This document shows, one piece after another, positions 43,212 to 52,736 of a DNA stretch of 64,000 bases (position 1 is the first letter of the stretch; each line of letters begins with the position of its first letter). Source of the stretch: Alphaproteobacteria bacterium UBA6038 (GTDB lineage: Bacteria; Pseudomonadota; Alphaproteobacteria; Micropepsales; Micropepsaceae); assembly GCA_002429315.1 (NCBI GenBank), contig DIZC01000104.1, positions 6,055-70,054 of the forward strand, written 5' to 3'. The position numbers were made by a program, and so were the translations under genes. The notes beneath the pieces are model-generated. The model was not told where the DNA came from and ran no database searches. It saw nothing but the letters and a program-made list of their open reading frames with translations.

Positions 43212-43355
43212 AGCGATGTCAGGCCGGCGGTCTAAATGACATTCGGCCGAGTTTCGCCGTATCGCGCGCAATTGGCCGAACACATATTGCGCGGAGCAGG
43301 CCTTCTCACTATGTCAGAGGTTCCGGCCACATCCCTTCGCGTCAGTGGATAGTTC

Positions 43356-43721
43356 ATGCAAACGCTGCTCATCATCATTCAGCTGATCGTTTCCATAGCC
43401 CTGATCGGCGTCGTCCTGCTGCAGCGGTCGGAAGGCGGCGCGCTTGGAATGGGCGGCGGCGGCTCTGGCCTTGGTGGCCTATTCAGTCCCCGCGGGGCCG
43501 CCGATGCACTGACCCGGACAACGGCCATTCTGGCGGCGGTGTTTTTTCTCGCCAGTCTTGCGCTGACTTTGCTCGCATTGCACGGGCGTCCCGAATCGAA
43601 ATCGATTCTGGAGCAGCAGATTTCGCCGGCCAAAATCCAGCCCTTCATGCTCCCCAAGCGCGCGCCGCAGCCCGTCAGACCGGCCACGCCGCAGGCGCCG
43701 CAGGTGCCGACCCCACACTGA
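43356..43721 (+). CDS. secG: Preprotein translocase subunit SecG
   Basis: LIGVVLLQRSEGGALG, LTRTTAILA; between tpiA region and pyrG. Confidence 0.95.
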   Translation: MQTLLIIIQLIVSIALIGVVLLQRSEGGALGMGGGGSGLGGLFSPRGAADALTRTTAILAAVFFLASLALTLLALHGRPESKSILEQQISPAKIQPFMLPKRAPQPVRPATPQAPQVPTPH

Positions 43722-43836
43722 TATTACATCCAGGATCAGCGGTTTATCGCTACGTGCCCACCCGCTTTGTGAATGTGTACTGCGTCATACATTTCGCGCT
43801 TGAGTGTGGGCGCGTGATGCGCCATGTTGGCCTTCC

Positions 43837-45465
43837 ATGGCGCGGTTGATCTTCATCACCGGCGGCGTGGTCTCCTCCCTCGGGAAAGGTCTAGCCTCCG
43901 CGGCTCTCGGAGCCCTTTTGCAGGCGCGTGGCTATAGAGTGCGACTGCGCAAGCTCGATCCCTATCTCAACGTCGATCCGGGGACGATGTCGCCGTTCCA
44001 GCATGGCGAGGTTTACGTCACCGATGACGGCGCGGAAACCGATCTCGATCTTGGCCATTACGAGCGCTTCACCGGCGTGCCGTCGTCGAAATCGGACAAC
44101 ATTACCTCCGGCCGCATCTATCAGCAGGTGATCGAGAAGGAGCGGCGTGGCGAATATCTCGGCCGCACCGTCCAGGTCATCCCGCACGTCACCGACATGA
44201 TCAAGGAGTTCGTCATGTCAGGCGCCGATGACGTCGATTTCCTCCTTTGCGAGATCGGCGGCACGGTGGGCGATATCGAAGGCCTGCCGTTCTTCGAGGC
44301 CATTCGCCAGCTCGGCAACGAGCTCGGCCGCGACCGCACGTGTTTCATCCATCTGACGCTGGTGCCGTATATCGAAACTGCCGGCGAACTGAAGACCAAA
44401 CCCACGCAGCATTCCGTGAAGGAATTACGCGGGATCGGCATCCAGCCAGATGTTCTCCTCTGCCGCTCGCATCATCCCATTCCCGATGAAGAGCGCCGCA
44501 AGATCGCGCTGTTCTGTAATGTGTCGCCGGCCTGCGTGATACCTGGCATCGACCTCTCTACGATCTACGAAGCGCCGATCCGATATCATGAGCAGGGCCT
44601 CGATACGCAGGTGCTGAAGGTGTTCGGCATTACCGATGCGCCGTCGCCGGATCTGTCCCGTTGGAACTGGGTGGTGGACCGCGTCAAGAACCCGGAAGGC
44701 GAAGTGAAGATTGCCGTCGTCGGCAAGTACATGCAGGTGAAGGATTCCTACAAATCCCTCAGCGAAGCGCTCACCCATGGTGGGCTCGCCAACAATGTAC
44801 GCGTCGACATGGAATGGATCGACAGTGAGATCTTCGAGCGCGACGATGCTGCTGCGTTCCTGGAGAACGTCGACGGTATCCTCGTGCCGGGCGGGTTCGG
44901 CGAGCGCGGCACGCAAGGCAAAATCGAGGCAGTCAGGTTCGCGCGCGAGCGTGGTGTTCCATTCTTCGGTATTTGCTATGGCCTGCACATGGCGGTGATC
45001 GAAGCCGCGCGCGATCTTGCCGGCCTGGAAGGAGCCGGGACCACGGAGATCGGCCGGCCGCGCCACTCCGTGATCGGGCTCATGACGGAATGGACGAAGG
45101 ACAACCGGACCGAGACTCGCGCCGAAGGCGGCGATCTTGGCGGCACCATGCGGCTTGGCGCCTACCCGGCGATCCTGTCGCCTGGCAGTCGTGTGGCCGA
45201 GGTCTACGGTTCAACCGAAATCAGCGAGCGCCATCGCCATCGCTACGAAGTCAATGTCGGCTATGTGCGACAACTCGGCGAGCATGGTTTCGCGGTCTCG
45301 GGCTGGTCGCCGGATCGGCGGCTGCCCGAGATTATGGAGATCCCCGATCATCCATGGTTTATCGGCGTGCAATTCCATCCCGAGCTGAAATCGCGTCCGT
45401 TTGATCCACACCCCCTCTTCGCCTCGTTCGTTGCCGCCGCCGTGCGCCAGAGCCGGCTCGTGTGA
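43837..45465 (+). CDS. pyrG: CTP synthase
   Basis: [53 protein letters not shown]. Confidence 0.98.
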   Translation: MARLIFITGGVVSSLGKGLASAALGALLQARGYRVRLRKLDPYLNVDPGTMSPFQHGEVYVTDDGAETDLDLGHYERFTGVPSSKSDNITSGRIYQQVIEKERRGEYLGRTVQVIPHVTDMIKEFVMSGADDVDFLLCEIGGTVGDIEGLPFFEAIRQLGNELGRDRTCFIHLTLVPYIETAGELKTKPTQHSVKELRGIGIQPDVLLCRSHHPIPDEERRKIALFCNVSPACVIPGIDLSTIYEAPIRYHEQGLDTQVLKVFGITDAPSPDLSRWNWVVDRVKNPEGEVKIAVVGKYMQVKDSYKSLSEALTHGGLANNVRVDMEWIDSEIFERDDAAAFLENVDGILVPGGFGERGTQGKIEAVRFARERGVPFFGICYGLHMAVIEAARDLAGLEGAGTTEIGRPRHSVIGLMTEWTKDNRTETRAEGGDLGGTMRLGAYPAILSPGSRVAEVYGSTEISERHRHRYEVNVGYVRQLGEHGFAVSGWSPDRRLPEIMEIPDHPWFIGVQFHPELKSRPFDPHPLFASFVAAAVRQSRLV

Positions 45466-45579
45466 GCACCGGAATTCCGGGTCTGTTCCGGTATCAATGC
45501 AACCACCTTGGTGCTCTGACGCTGGATTCCGGCGCCGGATGGAACCGGACAGCCACTTTTGGCTTATTATTGCGCGAAA

Positions 45580-47568
45580 ATGGGGCGTTCAGGGAAGGAC
45601 TCGGTGTCGAGCAGAAAAGCCGATCCATCGAAGCAGGCGGTGCCTCAAAAGGTTCTGGAAGAGCGGCAGTTTCGCGCGCTGATCCAGGGCGTGACCGACT
45701 ACGCCATTTATCTCCTCGATTCAGACGGCGTGATCGTCAGTTGGAATGCTGGCGCCCGGCAGATTCTGGGTTATGAGGCCAGTGAGCTCCTAGATGAACC
45801 GTTCTCCCGCCTCTTCACCAGCGAGGAGCGGCGAGCCGGTGTGCCGCGCCAGGCACTCCTGAGCGCCCGGCACGGCGACCGGTATGAGCAAGAGGGCTGG
45901 CGGGCACGCAAGGACGGCAGCCATCTGTGGGCAAACACCGTCATCGACGCCATTTGGGACGAAGATCAGGCCCTGATTGGCTACGCGTGCATCACGCGGG
46001 ACGCCACCGAGAAACGCGCTGCCGAAGAGGCGCTGCGCGAGAGCGAGCGCCAGTTTCGGCTGCTCGTCGCCGGTGTCACGGACTACGCGATCTTTAGGCT
46101 CGATCCCAACGGTATCGTAAGCAGCTGGAACGCCGGCGCGGAGCGCATCAAGGGCTACAAGGCCGATGAGATCATCGGCCATCACTTCTCTCGCTTCTTT
46201 ACCGACGTCGATCGGGGCAGCGGGACCCCGCTGCGCGCGCTGTACGCGGCCACCCAGGAGGGTCGTTTCGAGACAGAGGGGTGGCGGGTCCGCAAGGACG
46301 GATCGCTGTTCTGGGCCAACGCCATCATCGATGCCATTCGCGACGAAAACGGCAATCTGATCGGATTTGCGAAAATCACGCGCGATGTCACCGAGCGACG
46401 AGAGGCGCAACTGGCGCTGCAGCGCTCGCAGGAACAACTGGCCCAATCGCAGAGAATGGAAGCGCTGGGGCTTCTCACCGGCGGCATTGCGCACGACTTC
46501 AACAATTTGCTGATGATCGTGGGAGGCCAGGCACAGCTCTTGAAGCGGCGGGCGACCGATCCCAAGGACCTGCGCTCTCTTGAAGCCATCGAAATGGCCA
46601 CCGCAAACGGCGAGAAGCTGACGCGTCAGCTGCTCGCGTTTTCGCGGCGGCAGCAACTCAACCCCAAAGCCCTGGACTTGCGCGAGCGGCTGAGCGCATG
46701 CCGCGAACTGCTCGTCAGCAGCGTCGGCAACAAGGCTGAGCTGGAGTTTGAAATCGCCGAAGTTCTCTGGCCGGTCGAAATCGATCCGAACGAGCTGGAG
46801 CTGGCGCTGGTGAACCTGGTGGTCAATGCGCGCGACGCAATGCCGGGCGGCGGCAAGATCACCGTCGGGGCGCAGAATGTGCGCCTTCTAGGCGATGGCG
46901 AGCCGCCACTGAGGGGCGAATTCGTGGCACTTTCCGTGAGCGACACGGGCAACGGCATCGACCCAAAGGTCCTTCCGCGCATTTTCGAACCCTTCTTCAC
47001 CACGAAGGAAGTTTCGAAAGGGACAGGCTTGGGCTTGTCGCAAGTTCACGGCTTCACGCATCAATCCGGCGGCGGGGTTTCAGCGCAGAGCGCGCTCGAC
47101 ATTGGCACGACAGTGACGATGTATCTGCCGCGCTCGCACAAAGGTGTCGGAGAAGCAGAAGCCGAGGCGGAGCGGCACACCACGCCGGTGGGGACCGGTA
47201 CTGTGCTGGTGGTGGAGGACAATCCGGAGGTGGCGAAGGTCAGTTCCATGCTCTTGGATCAAATCGGCTATAAGGTGATTGTCGTTGCAAATGCTGAAGC
47301 CGCCCTGCAGGCGCTCGCCGCCAACTCTGCGATCGACTTGGTCTTCAGCGATGTGGTTATGCCCGGCGAGGTGAACGGCACCGAACTCGCGACTCTCATC
47401 CGGCAGCGCTATCCTCATCTGCCCATCCTGCTGACCAGCGGCTACAGCAATGCAGCGGAGGCGGCGGAAAAGCAGTTCCCCCTGCTGCGCAAGCCCTACC
47501 AGATCTCTGCTTTGGCAAATGCCGTCGGAGCGGTAAGGGCCACCGCCCCGCGCGCGGTGCGGTCATAG
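45580..47568 (+). CDS. Cytoplasmic hybrid sensor histidine kinase (PAS-PAS-HisKA-HATPase-REC)
   Basis: Two near-duplicate PAS/PAC domains (SWNAGA...WRxRKDGS), HDFNNLL, NLVVNARDA, PFFTTK, GTGLGL, receiver FSDVVMPG; start approximate. Confidence 0.93.
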   Translation: MGRSGKDSVSSRKADPSKQAVPQKVLEERQFRALIQGVTDYAIYLLDSDGVIVSWNAGARQILGYEASELLDEPFSRLFTSEERRAGVPRQALLSARHGDRYEQEGWRARKDGSHLWANTVIDAIWDEDQALIGYACITRDATEKRAAEEALRESERQFRLLVAGVTDYAIFRLDPNGIVSSWNAGAERIKGYKADEIIGHHFSRFFTDVDRGSGTPLRALYAATQEGRFETEGWRVRKDGSLFWANAIIDAIRDENGNLIGFAKITRDVTERREAQLALQRSQEQLAQSQRMEALGLLTGGIAHDFNNLLMIVGGQAQLLKRRATDPKDLRSLEAIEMATANGEKLTRQLLAFSRRQQLNPKALDLRERLSACRELLVSSVGNKAELEFEIAEVLWPVEIDPNELELALVNLVVNARDAMPGGGKITVGAQNVRLLGDGEPPLRGEFVALSVSDTGNGIDPKVLPRIFEPFFTTKEVSKGTGLGLSQVHGFTHQSGGGVSAQSALDIGTTVTMYLPRSHKGVGEAEAEAERHTTPVGTGTVLVVEDNPEVAKVSSMLLDQIGYKVIVVANAEAALQALAANSAIDLVFSDVVMPGEVNGTELATLIRQRYPHLPILLTSGYSNAAEAAEKQFPLLRKPYQISALANAVGAVRATAPRAVRS

Positions 47569-47650
47569 CCCTCCTCAACTGTCGGTAGCAGAATCAGGAT
47601 CGAGCCCCGCAATAGCTACTTGTGGTTGCTGTGGCCGACCTGCTATTCAG

Positions 47651-47899
47651 ATGCTTGCGTCCGAAGTGCCGGAATCTATGGCCATCCGTCCTGCTGAACG
47701 CGTCGCGCGCCTTTTGCCCGGCGAGTCCCGCCTACCCGGGCGGGAAACAGCAAAGTACACCAAGGACTTGCTCGTCGGCTTAGGGGAAATCGCTGTCCGT
47801 CAGCGGCAGCACCGGTTGGCGGAACTCCTCGAAGCCGCGGGGGTCGAGGCGGACCGGCTGGCGCGCCTGCCGGAGAAAGTTCCAGCGTCAGGCAAGTGA
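47651..47899 (+). CDS. Small hypothetical protein, 82 aa
   Basis: Helical YTKDLLVGLGEIA...RLAELLEAA pattern; convergent overlap with dprA end. Confidence 0.5.
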   Translation: MLASEVPESMAIRPAERVARLLPGESRLPGRETAKYTKDLLVGLGEIAVRQRQHRLAELLEAAGVEADRLARLPEKVPASGK

Positions 47900-48997
47900 G
47901 ACCCGGTTTCCGGGCTGACGCTGGGCTTGGCCGGCAAGCTCGAGTTCGAGAAGCGCGGAGACAACCGCAGAAGCTGGTGCGGCGCACTGGCGGACCAATT
48001 CGTCGATTTCCACGGCAGCAGGGGAGAGCAGCTCCAGCAGGCGGACCCGGAGACGCTCGGTTTCGCGGTCTACGATTCCAGGATCCTGTGGCGCCGCCCC
48101 GCTGGTGCGGGAGTCGGTTTCCTGAAAAGCACTGCCAAGCATGGGCCTGAGCACGTTCAACACATCCTCGGCGGATTCGGTGAGCGTTGCGCCGTCGCGT
48201 ATGAGGCGGTTGGCGCCCTTCGCGCGCGGATCAAGCGGCGATCCCGGAACCGCGAAAACTTCGCGGCCCTGCTCCAGTGCGTAATTCGCGGTGATCAGCG
48301 ACCCGGAGTTCTCCGCTGCCTCGACGATAACGACTCCGCGCGACAATCCCGAAATGATCCGATTTCGGCGAGGGAAATGGCGGGCCTGCGGCGACTCCCC
48401 CATCGTCATTTCCGAGACGATCACGCCTTGTGCGCGAATCCGCTCGTACAGCGCCGTGTTTTCCGCCGGGTAGATCACGTCCACGCCGCCGGCCAACACC
48501 GCGCAGGTGCCGGTGGGGAGCCCGGCTTCATGTGCGGCGGCATCGATGCCGCGCGCCATACCGGACGCAATTGCGAGGCCTGCTTTGCCGAGGTCACCGG
48601 CAAGCATCGCGGCGAATCGCCGCCCCAGCGCCGAGGCGTTTCGCGCGCCGACGATTGCGACCATGTCGCGCGACAGGAGTGCAGGATGCCCGAGCACCGC
48701 AAGAACGGGCGGCGGCGGATCAACGGCTGCCAGTCCGCGGGGGAACTCCGCTTCGCAAGAGGCGATGAATTTTCCGCCGAGCTGCGCCAGCGTTTCCATC
48801 TCGCGCTCCGCATCGGTAGCGGAAGGAATTCTGAGACTTGCTGCGCCGCCGCGTTGCGCAAGCCTTGGCACCGCTTCGAGAGCCGCGGCGGCAGACCCGA
48901 ACCGCGCGATGAGCGTGGCAAAGGTCACCGGTCCGACATTTTGCGTGCGTGCAAGCCGCAGCCAATCCCGCTTCTCGCGATTCGAGAGCGCGCTCAT
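47888..48997 (-). CDS. dprA: DNA-processing protein DprA
   Basis: WLRLARTQNVGP, AIVGARNAS, SGMARGIDAAAH, HFPRRNRIISG, VEAAENSGSLITA, VPGSPLDPR. Confidence 0.97.
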   Translation of the reverse strand: MSALSNREKRDWLRLARTQNVGPVTFATLIARFGSAAAALEAVPRLAQRGGAASLRIPSATDAEREMETLAQLGGKFIASCEAEFPRGLAAVDPPPPVLAVLGHPALLSRDMVAIVGARNASALGRRFAAMLAGDLGKAGLAIASGMARGIDAAAHEAGLPTGTCAVLAGGVDVIYPAENTALYERIRAQGVIVSEMTMGESPQARHFPRRNRIISGLSRGVVIVEAAENSGSLITANYALEQGREVFAVPGSPLDPRAKGANRLIRDGATLTESAEDVLNVLRPMLGSAFQETDSRTSGAAPQDPGIVDRETERLRVRLLELLSPAAVEIDELVRQCAAPASAVVSALLELELAGQAQRQPGNRVSLA

Positions 48998-49001
48998 CTG
49001 T

Positions 49002-49640
49002 TTAAGGCACGGCGGCCTTGCGGCCGATGCGCGGTTCCTCGCCGCGCAGCAGCCGGCCAATATTGGCGCGGTGCATAAAGAAGACAAGAACGGCGAGTGC
49101 GAACGCCAGGACCGCAAACAACGGTTCACCGAAGAAAAGGAAATAGAGGGGCGTCGCGGCCGCGGCCACCAATGTGGAAAGCGAGGAAATGCGGAAGACG
49201 GCCGCCACGATCAGCCAGGTCATCGCAGCAAAAAGGCCGACGCGCCAGTCGAGCGCCAGAGCGACGCCGAGGAAGGTCGCCATGCCCTTTCCGCCATGGA
49301 ACCTCAGCCAGATGGGAAACACGTGCCCCAGGAACGCACCCGCGCCGGCGAATACCGCGAGGGGCGGTCCTCCATATTCAGCGGCGACGAGGACGGCGAC
49401 CGCGCCCTTGCCGGCATCGAACAGAAGCGTCGCTGCCGCCGCCCATTTTCTGCCGGTGCGCAGCACGTTCGTCGCGCCGATATTACCGGACCCGATACTG
49501 CGCACATCGCCGGCGCCTGCGAGCCACCCGAAAATCAATCCAAAGGGAATCGAGCCAAGCAGATATCCGAAAGCCAGTGCGGCCGCCGCTTCTGGCGCAT
49601 GGCCCTGCCAGTGGGCCATTTGCAGGGTGTCGAGCATCAA
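49002..49640 (-). CDS. plsY: Glycerol-3-phosphate acyltransferase
   Basis: YLLGSIPFG, GSGNIGATNVLR, DAGKG, GHVFP, FHGGKGMAT, HRANIGRL. Confidence 0.96.
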   Translation of the reverse strand: MMLDTLQMAHWQGHAPEAAAALAFGYLLGSIPFGLIFGWLAGAGDVRSIGSGNIGATNVLRTGRKWAAAATLLFDAGKGAVAVLVAAEYGGPPLAVFAGAGAFLGHVFPIWLRFHGGKGMATFLGVALALDWRVGLFAAMTWLIVAAVFRISSLSTLVAAAATPLYFLFFGEPLFAVLAFALAVLVFFMHRANIGRLLRGEEPRIGRKAAVP

Positions 49641-51028
49641 TGCGCGACCGCTTTGGCAGGCCGCGGCGCACCACGACCGTATCCATGCGCCTCTGCAACC
49701 TGTTCATCGGGAAAGAACACGAGATCGCGCGCCGGCCGCTCCAGATTGATCTCATGCGGCCGTTCATAGGCTTTGGTGCGTTTGTGGCCGGCGACGAAGT
49801 TCTCCATATCGTATTCGCAATAGAAGCAGCGCAGGCGCGGCGGCTTGGCGGCAATCAGATGGAATTTTGGCGCCGCGTTCTGCACGTCGAGCGGGTCGTG
49901 GCTGATGCAGTTCGGATTGGCGCACAGAAAACCGGACTCTCGCGGCTGCTCGTATACATGTCGATCGGCCGGCAAAAAGCCCCTGTCGAACTGCTGCAAG
50001 GAGAATTGCCGGTCGATATTGAGCAGCAGCGTAATCAACGCCATGCGGATCGGCACGCCGTAGGCGGCTTGGCGGAAGTAGGCCGCGCGGCTGTCCTGAT
50101 CGAAGGACACGTCCAGTTCGCCGACCCGGGGCAGTGGATGCAGCACGCTTGTTTTCCGAAACCGGCCCGCCCGCAGGAACTTCGCGTCCACCCGGGGATA
50201 GTCGCGGGCCGCCTCAACCCAACGCTCTTTCTGGAATCGCGTCATGTAGAGCACGTCGATGTTTTTCGTCAGTTTCGAAGCGAGGTCCTCGTCGGGCGCG
50301 TATAACGAGAGCTGGTGCGGCTCATGAGCCGTGACATAAACCGCATCAATCGACGCGTCCTTGACGGCCGTTTTCGGCACCGCGGCGCAGTGGAATTCAT
50401 GGCGCAGTCTCCAGTCGACATTGCTCGGCAGCGCCATTCCCTTGGCCGGCATCATCAGAATATTCGCGCCGAAGCGCGCCAGCGCGTAGACGAACGAATG
50501 AATCGTGCGGCTGCCCTTTAGGTCGCCGGAAACGGCCACATTGAGGTTCTTCAGCGTCTTGTTTTCGCGCCGCAGCGTGTAGAGATCGCAGAGCGTTTGC
50601 GTGGGATGCTCGTGGGCGCCGTCGCCGCCATTCACAATCGGCACATTGGCATACTGTGCCGCGAGCTTCACGGCGCCGTCGCGCGGGTGGCGAATGACCA
50701 GTACGTCGGCATAGTTGGAAACCACGCGTACCGCGTCTGCCAGGCTCTCTCCCTTGGCGGCGGAACTGGTCGCTGGATCGGCGCTGGAGATCGCTTTGCC
50801 GCCCATGCGGAGCATCGCGCTTTCGAAGGAGAGCCGTGTGCGTGTGCTCGGCTCGTAGAACAGCGTCGCCATCAGCGAGCCGGCGCAGGCGTCGGTGCTC
50901 CGTCCGATGCGATAGGAGATTTCAGGATCGCCGAATTCGGCGAGATAGCGGTCGGTGAGGGAAAAGATGGTCTCGATCTCATCCAGCGTGAGATCGTTGA
51001 TGGACGTGATGTGGCGCAGCTTCATCAA
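49637..51028 (-). CDS. pyrB: Aspartate carbamoyltransferase catalytic chain fused to a PyrI-type zinc domain
   Basis: FYEPSTRTRLSFE, KGESLAD, IRHP, HEHPTQTLCD, GDLKGSRT, YMTRFQKER, HPLPR; C-terminal CANPNC...CFYC. Confidence 0.93.
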   Translation of the reverse strand: MMKLRHITSINDLTLDEIETIFSLTDRYLAEFGDPEISYRIGRSTDACAGSLMATLFYEPSTRTRLSFESAMLRMGGKAISSADPATSSAAKGESLADAVRVVSNYADVLVIRHPRDGAVKLAAQYANVPIVNGGDGAHEHPTQTLCDLYTLRRENKTLKNLNVAVSGDLKGSRTIHSFVYALARFGANILMMPAKGMALPSNVDWRLRHEFHCAAVPKTAVKDASIDAVYVTAHEPHQLSLYAPDEDLASKLTKNIDVLYMTRFQKERWVEAARDYPRVDAKFLRAGRFRKTSVLHPLPRVGELDVSFDQDSRAAYFRQAAYGVPIRMALITLLLNIDRQFSLQQFDRGFLPADRHVYEQPRESGFLCANPNCISHDPLDVQNAAPKFHLIAAKPPRLRCFYCEYDMENFVAGHKRTKAYERPHEINLERPARDLVFFPDEQVAEAHGYGRGAPRPAKAVAH

Positions 51029-51050
51029 AGCCCACGCTTATAGAAAGAGC

Positions 51051-51524
51051 TTACGGCGGCGGCAAGTTGCGCAGGGCCTCTAACGCGCCCTGCAGGAGAT
51101 AGGCGGCAGCGACCTTGTCCACGGAGGCCGCGCGACGCTTGCGGCTGGCGTCGGCGGCGATCATGTCCCGCTGGACGGCGGCCGTTGAGAGCCGTTCGTC
51201 CCACAGCACGACGGGCAGGTCGGACCGCGCCGCGAAATTCCGGGCGAAGGCCCGCGCCGATTGCGCCGAAGGGCCGCCGCTCCCATCCATGTTCAAAGGG
51301 TGGCCTACCACCAATCCTCCGACGCCTTCGTTACCGATGATCGTCGCAAGCTTCTGCACATCCGCTGTGAATTTGCCGCGCTTGAGCGTCCCGTACGGCG
51401 TCGCGAGGGTCAGCAGGGTATCCGAAAGCGCCAAACCGATGATCTTTTCGCCCAGATCGAGTCCGAGCAGCCGCTGACCAGGCGCGAGGTGCGCCCGCAA
51501 CTCGGCAAGCGCGATAACGCTCAA
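51051..51524 (-). CDS. ruvX: Holliday junction resolvase-like / pre-16S rRNA nuclease
   Basis: LGLDLGEKIIGLALSD, GHPLNMDG, WDERLST, VDKVAAAYLLQ; TTG start overlapping upstream stop. Confidence 0.94.
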   Translation of the reverse strand: MSVIALAELRAHLAPGQRLLGLDLGEKIIGLALSDTLLTLATPYGTLKRGKFTADVQKLATIIGNEGVGGLVVGHPLNMDGSGGPSAQSARAFARNFAARSDLPVVLWDERLSTAAVQRDMIAADASRKRRAASVDKVAAAYLLQGALEALRNLPPP

Positions 51525-51889
51525 ACCAGTTGCCCGATTTCGATACGGTTGCCGCCCGGATCGAGGATGAAGATGCGGGAGAGCCCTTCCGCCGCGCTCT
51601 CTTCCTCTATCGCGAGGCCGCGCCGCGCCACCTCGGCCTTTGCGGCACCGATGTCCGCCACCAGAAAACAGATGTGGCGCTTGCTTCTTGGCGACGGCTC
51701 GGGATCGACGCCGATATGCATTTGCAGGCGGCCCACCTGGAACCACGCCCCGCCACGGCCGCGCAGGTTCTCCGGCTTGGGAATCTCCGAAAACCCGAAT
51801 ATCTCGCGGTAGAATGCGAGACATTCGGCTTCAAGTGCCTTTGGAACCGTAATCTGGACGTGATCGATTCCGATAATCGAAAGCGGCAT
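51521..51889 (-). CDS. VOC/glyoxalase family protein
   Basis: IDHVQITVP, FYREIFG, GGAWF, HICFLV, DPGGNRIEI. Confidence 0.88.
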   Translation of the reverse strand: MPLSIIGIDHVQITVPKALEAECLAFYREIFGFSEIPKPENLRGRGGAWFQVGRLQMHIGVDPEPSPRSKRHICFLVADIGAAKAEVARRGLAIEEESAAEGLSRIFILDPGGNRIEIGQLV

Positions 51890-51976
51890 ACCCGTTCCCC
51901 GCGACCTTGCCTTCGCTTGCCAGCGCGGCTTTCCGGTTGCTAGCAAGGCCACGAGGTTCCTTTAGCAGCGAACGCC

Positions 51977-52264
51977 ATGTCCGTCGACAAAGCCACGGTG
52001 CGCCGTATCGCCAAACTGGCACGAATCGCGCTGCCCGAAGAGCGTGTCGAGCCGATGATGGGCGAACTCAACGGAATCCTCGGCTGGATCGAGCAGCTGC
52101 AGGAAGTGAACGTCGAGGGCGTCGAGCCGATGACGAGCGTGGTCGCCCAGGAGCTCAGGATGCGGGACGACGTGGTGACCACCGGCGGGGACGCGGCGGC
52201 GATCGTCGCCAATGCCCCGCGGAGCGAGGACAATTTCTTCGTCGTTCCGAAGGTGCTCGAGTGA
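51977..52264 (+). CDS. gatC: Asp/Glu-tRNA amidotransferase subunit C
   Basis: [26 protein letters not shown]...FFVVPKVLE. Confidence 0.96.
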   Translation: MSVDKATVRRIAKLARIALPEERVEPMMGELNGILGWIEQLQEVNVEGVEPMTSVVAQELRMRDDVVTTGGDAAAIVANAPRSEDNFFVVPKVLE

Positions 52265-52265
52265 C

Positions 52266-52736
52266 ATGACTCTAACGATCTCCATCGAAAGCCCGCAGCA
52301 GGAGGACGTGCGCGCCCTGATCGCCCAGTTGGATGCGGCGCTGCTTGTGCTCACCCCGCCCGAGCATTGTTACCACATGACCCCGGAAGAGATGGCCGAG
52401 CCAAACGCGACCGTATTGATCGCCCGCGAAGATGGCGCTGCTGTAGCCTGCGGCGCGCTCAAGCGGCATGGGCGCATCGGCGAGGTGAAGCGGATGTACA
52501 CAAGGCCCGAATATCAGGGCCGCGGCATCGGCGGCCAGATCATTGCGGAGATCGAAGCGCTTGCTCGTGCAGAAGGGCTGGCGCAGCTCGTGCTGGAAAC
52601 CGGCGATCGGCATCATGCAGCGTACCGAGTGTACGAGCGGGCGGGCTTCCGGCGTTGTGGCCCGGTGCTCGATTACCCGGACACCGGCTGGTCGGTGTTC
52701 TACGAGAAGCCGCTGATCGAGGCGGTTGCGGCATGA
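52266..52736 (+). CDS. GNAT family N-acetyltransferase
   Basis: [19 protein letters not shown] acetyl-CoA motif, LETG, YERAGF. Confidence 0.9.
   Translation: MTLTISIESPQQEDVRALIAQLDAALLVLTPPEHCYHMTPEEMAEPNATVLIAREDGAAVACGALKRHGRIGEVKRMYTRPEYQGRGIGGQIIAEIEALARAEGLAQLVLETGDRHHAAYRVYERAGFRRCGPVLDYPDTGWSVFYEKPLIEAVAA

Noticed and set aside
45466-45550. Cluster of CCGG-rich short palindromes after pyrG
   Set aside because: Stems are short and imperfect; expected by chance in GC-rich DNA.
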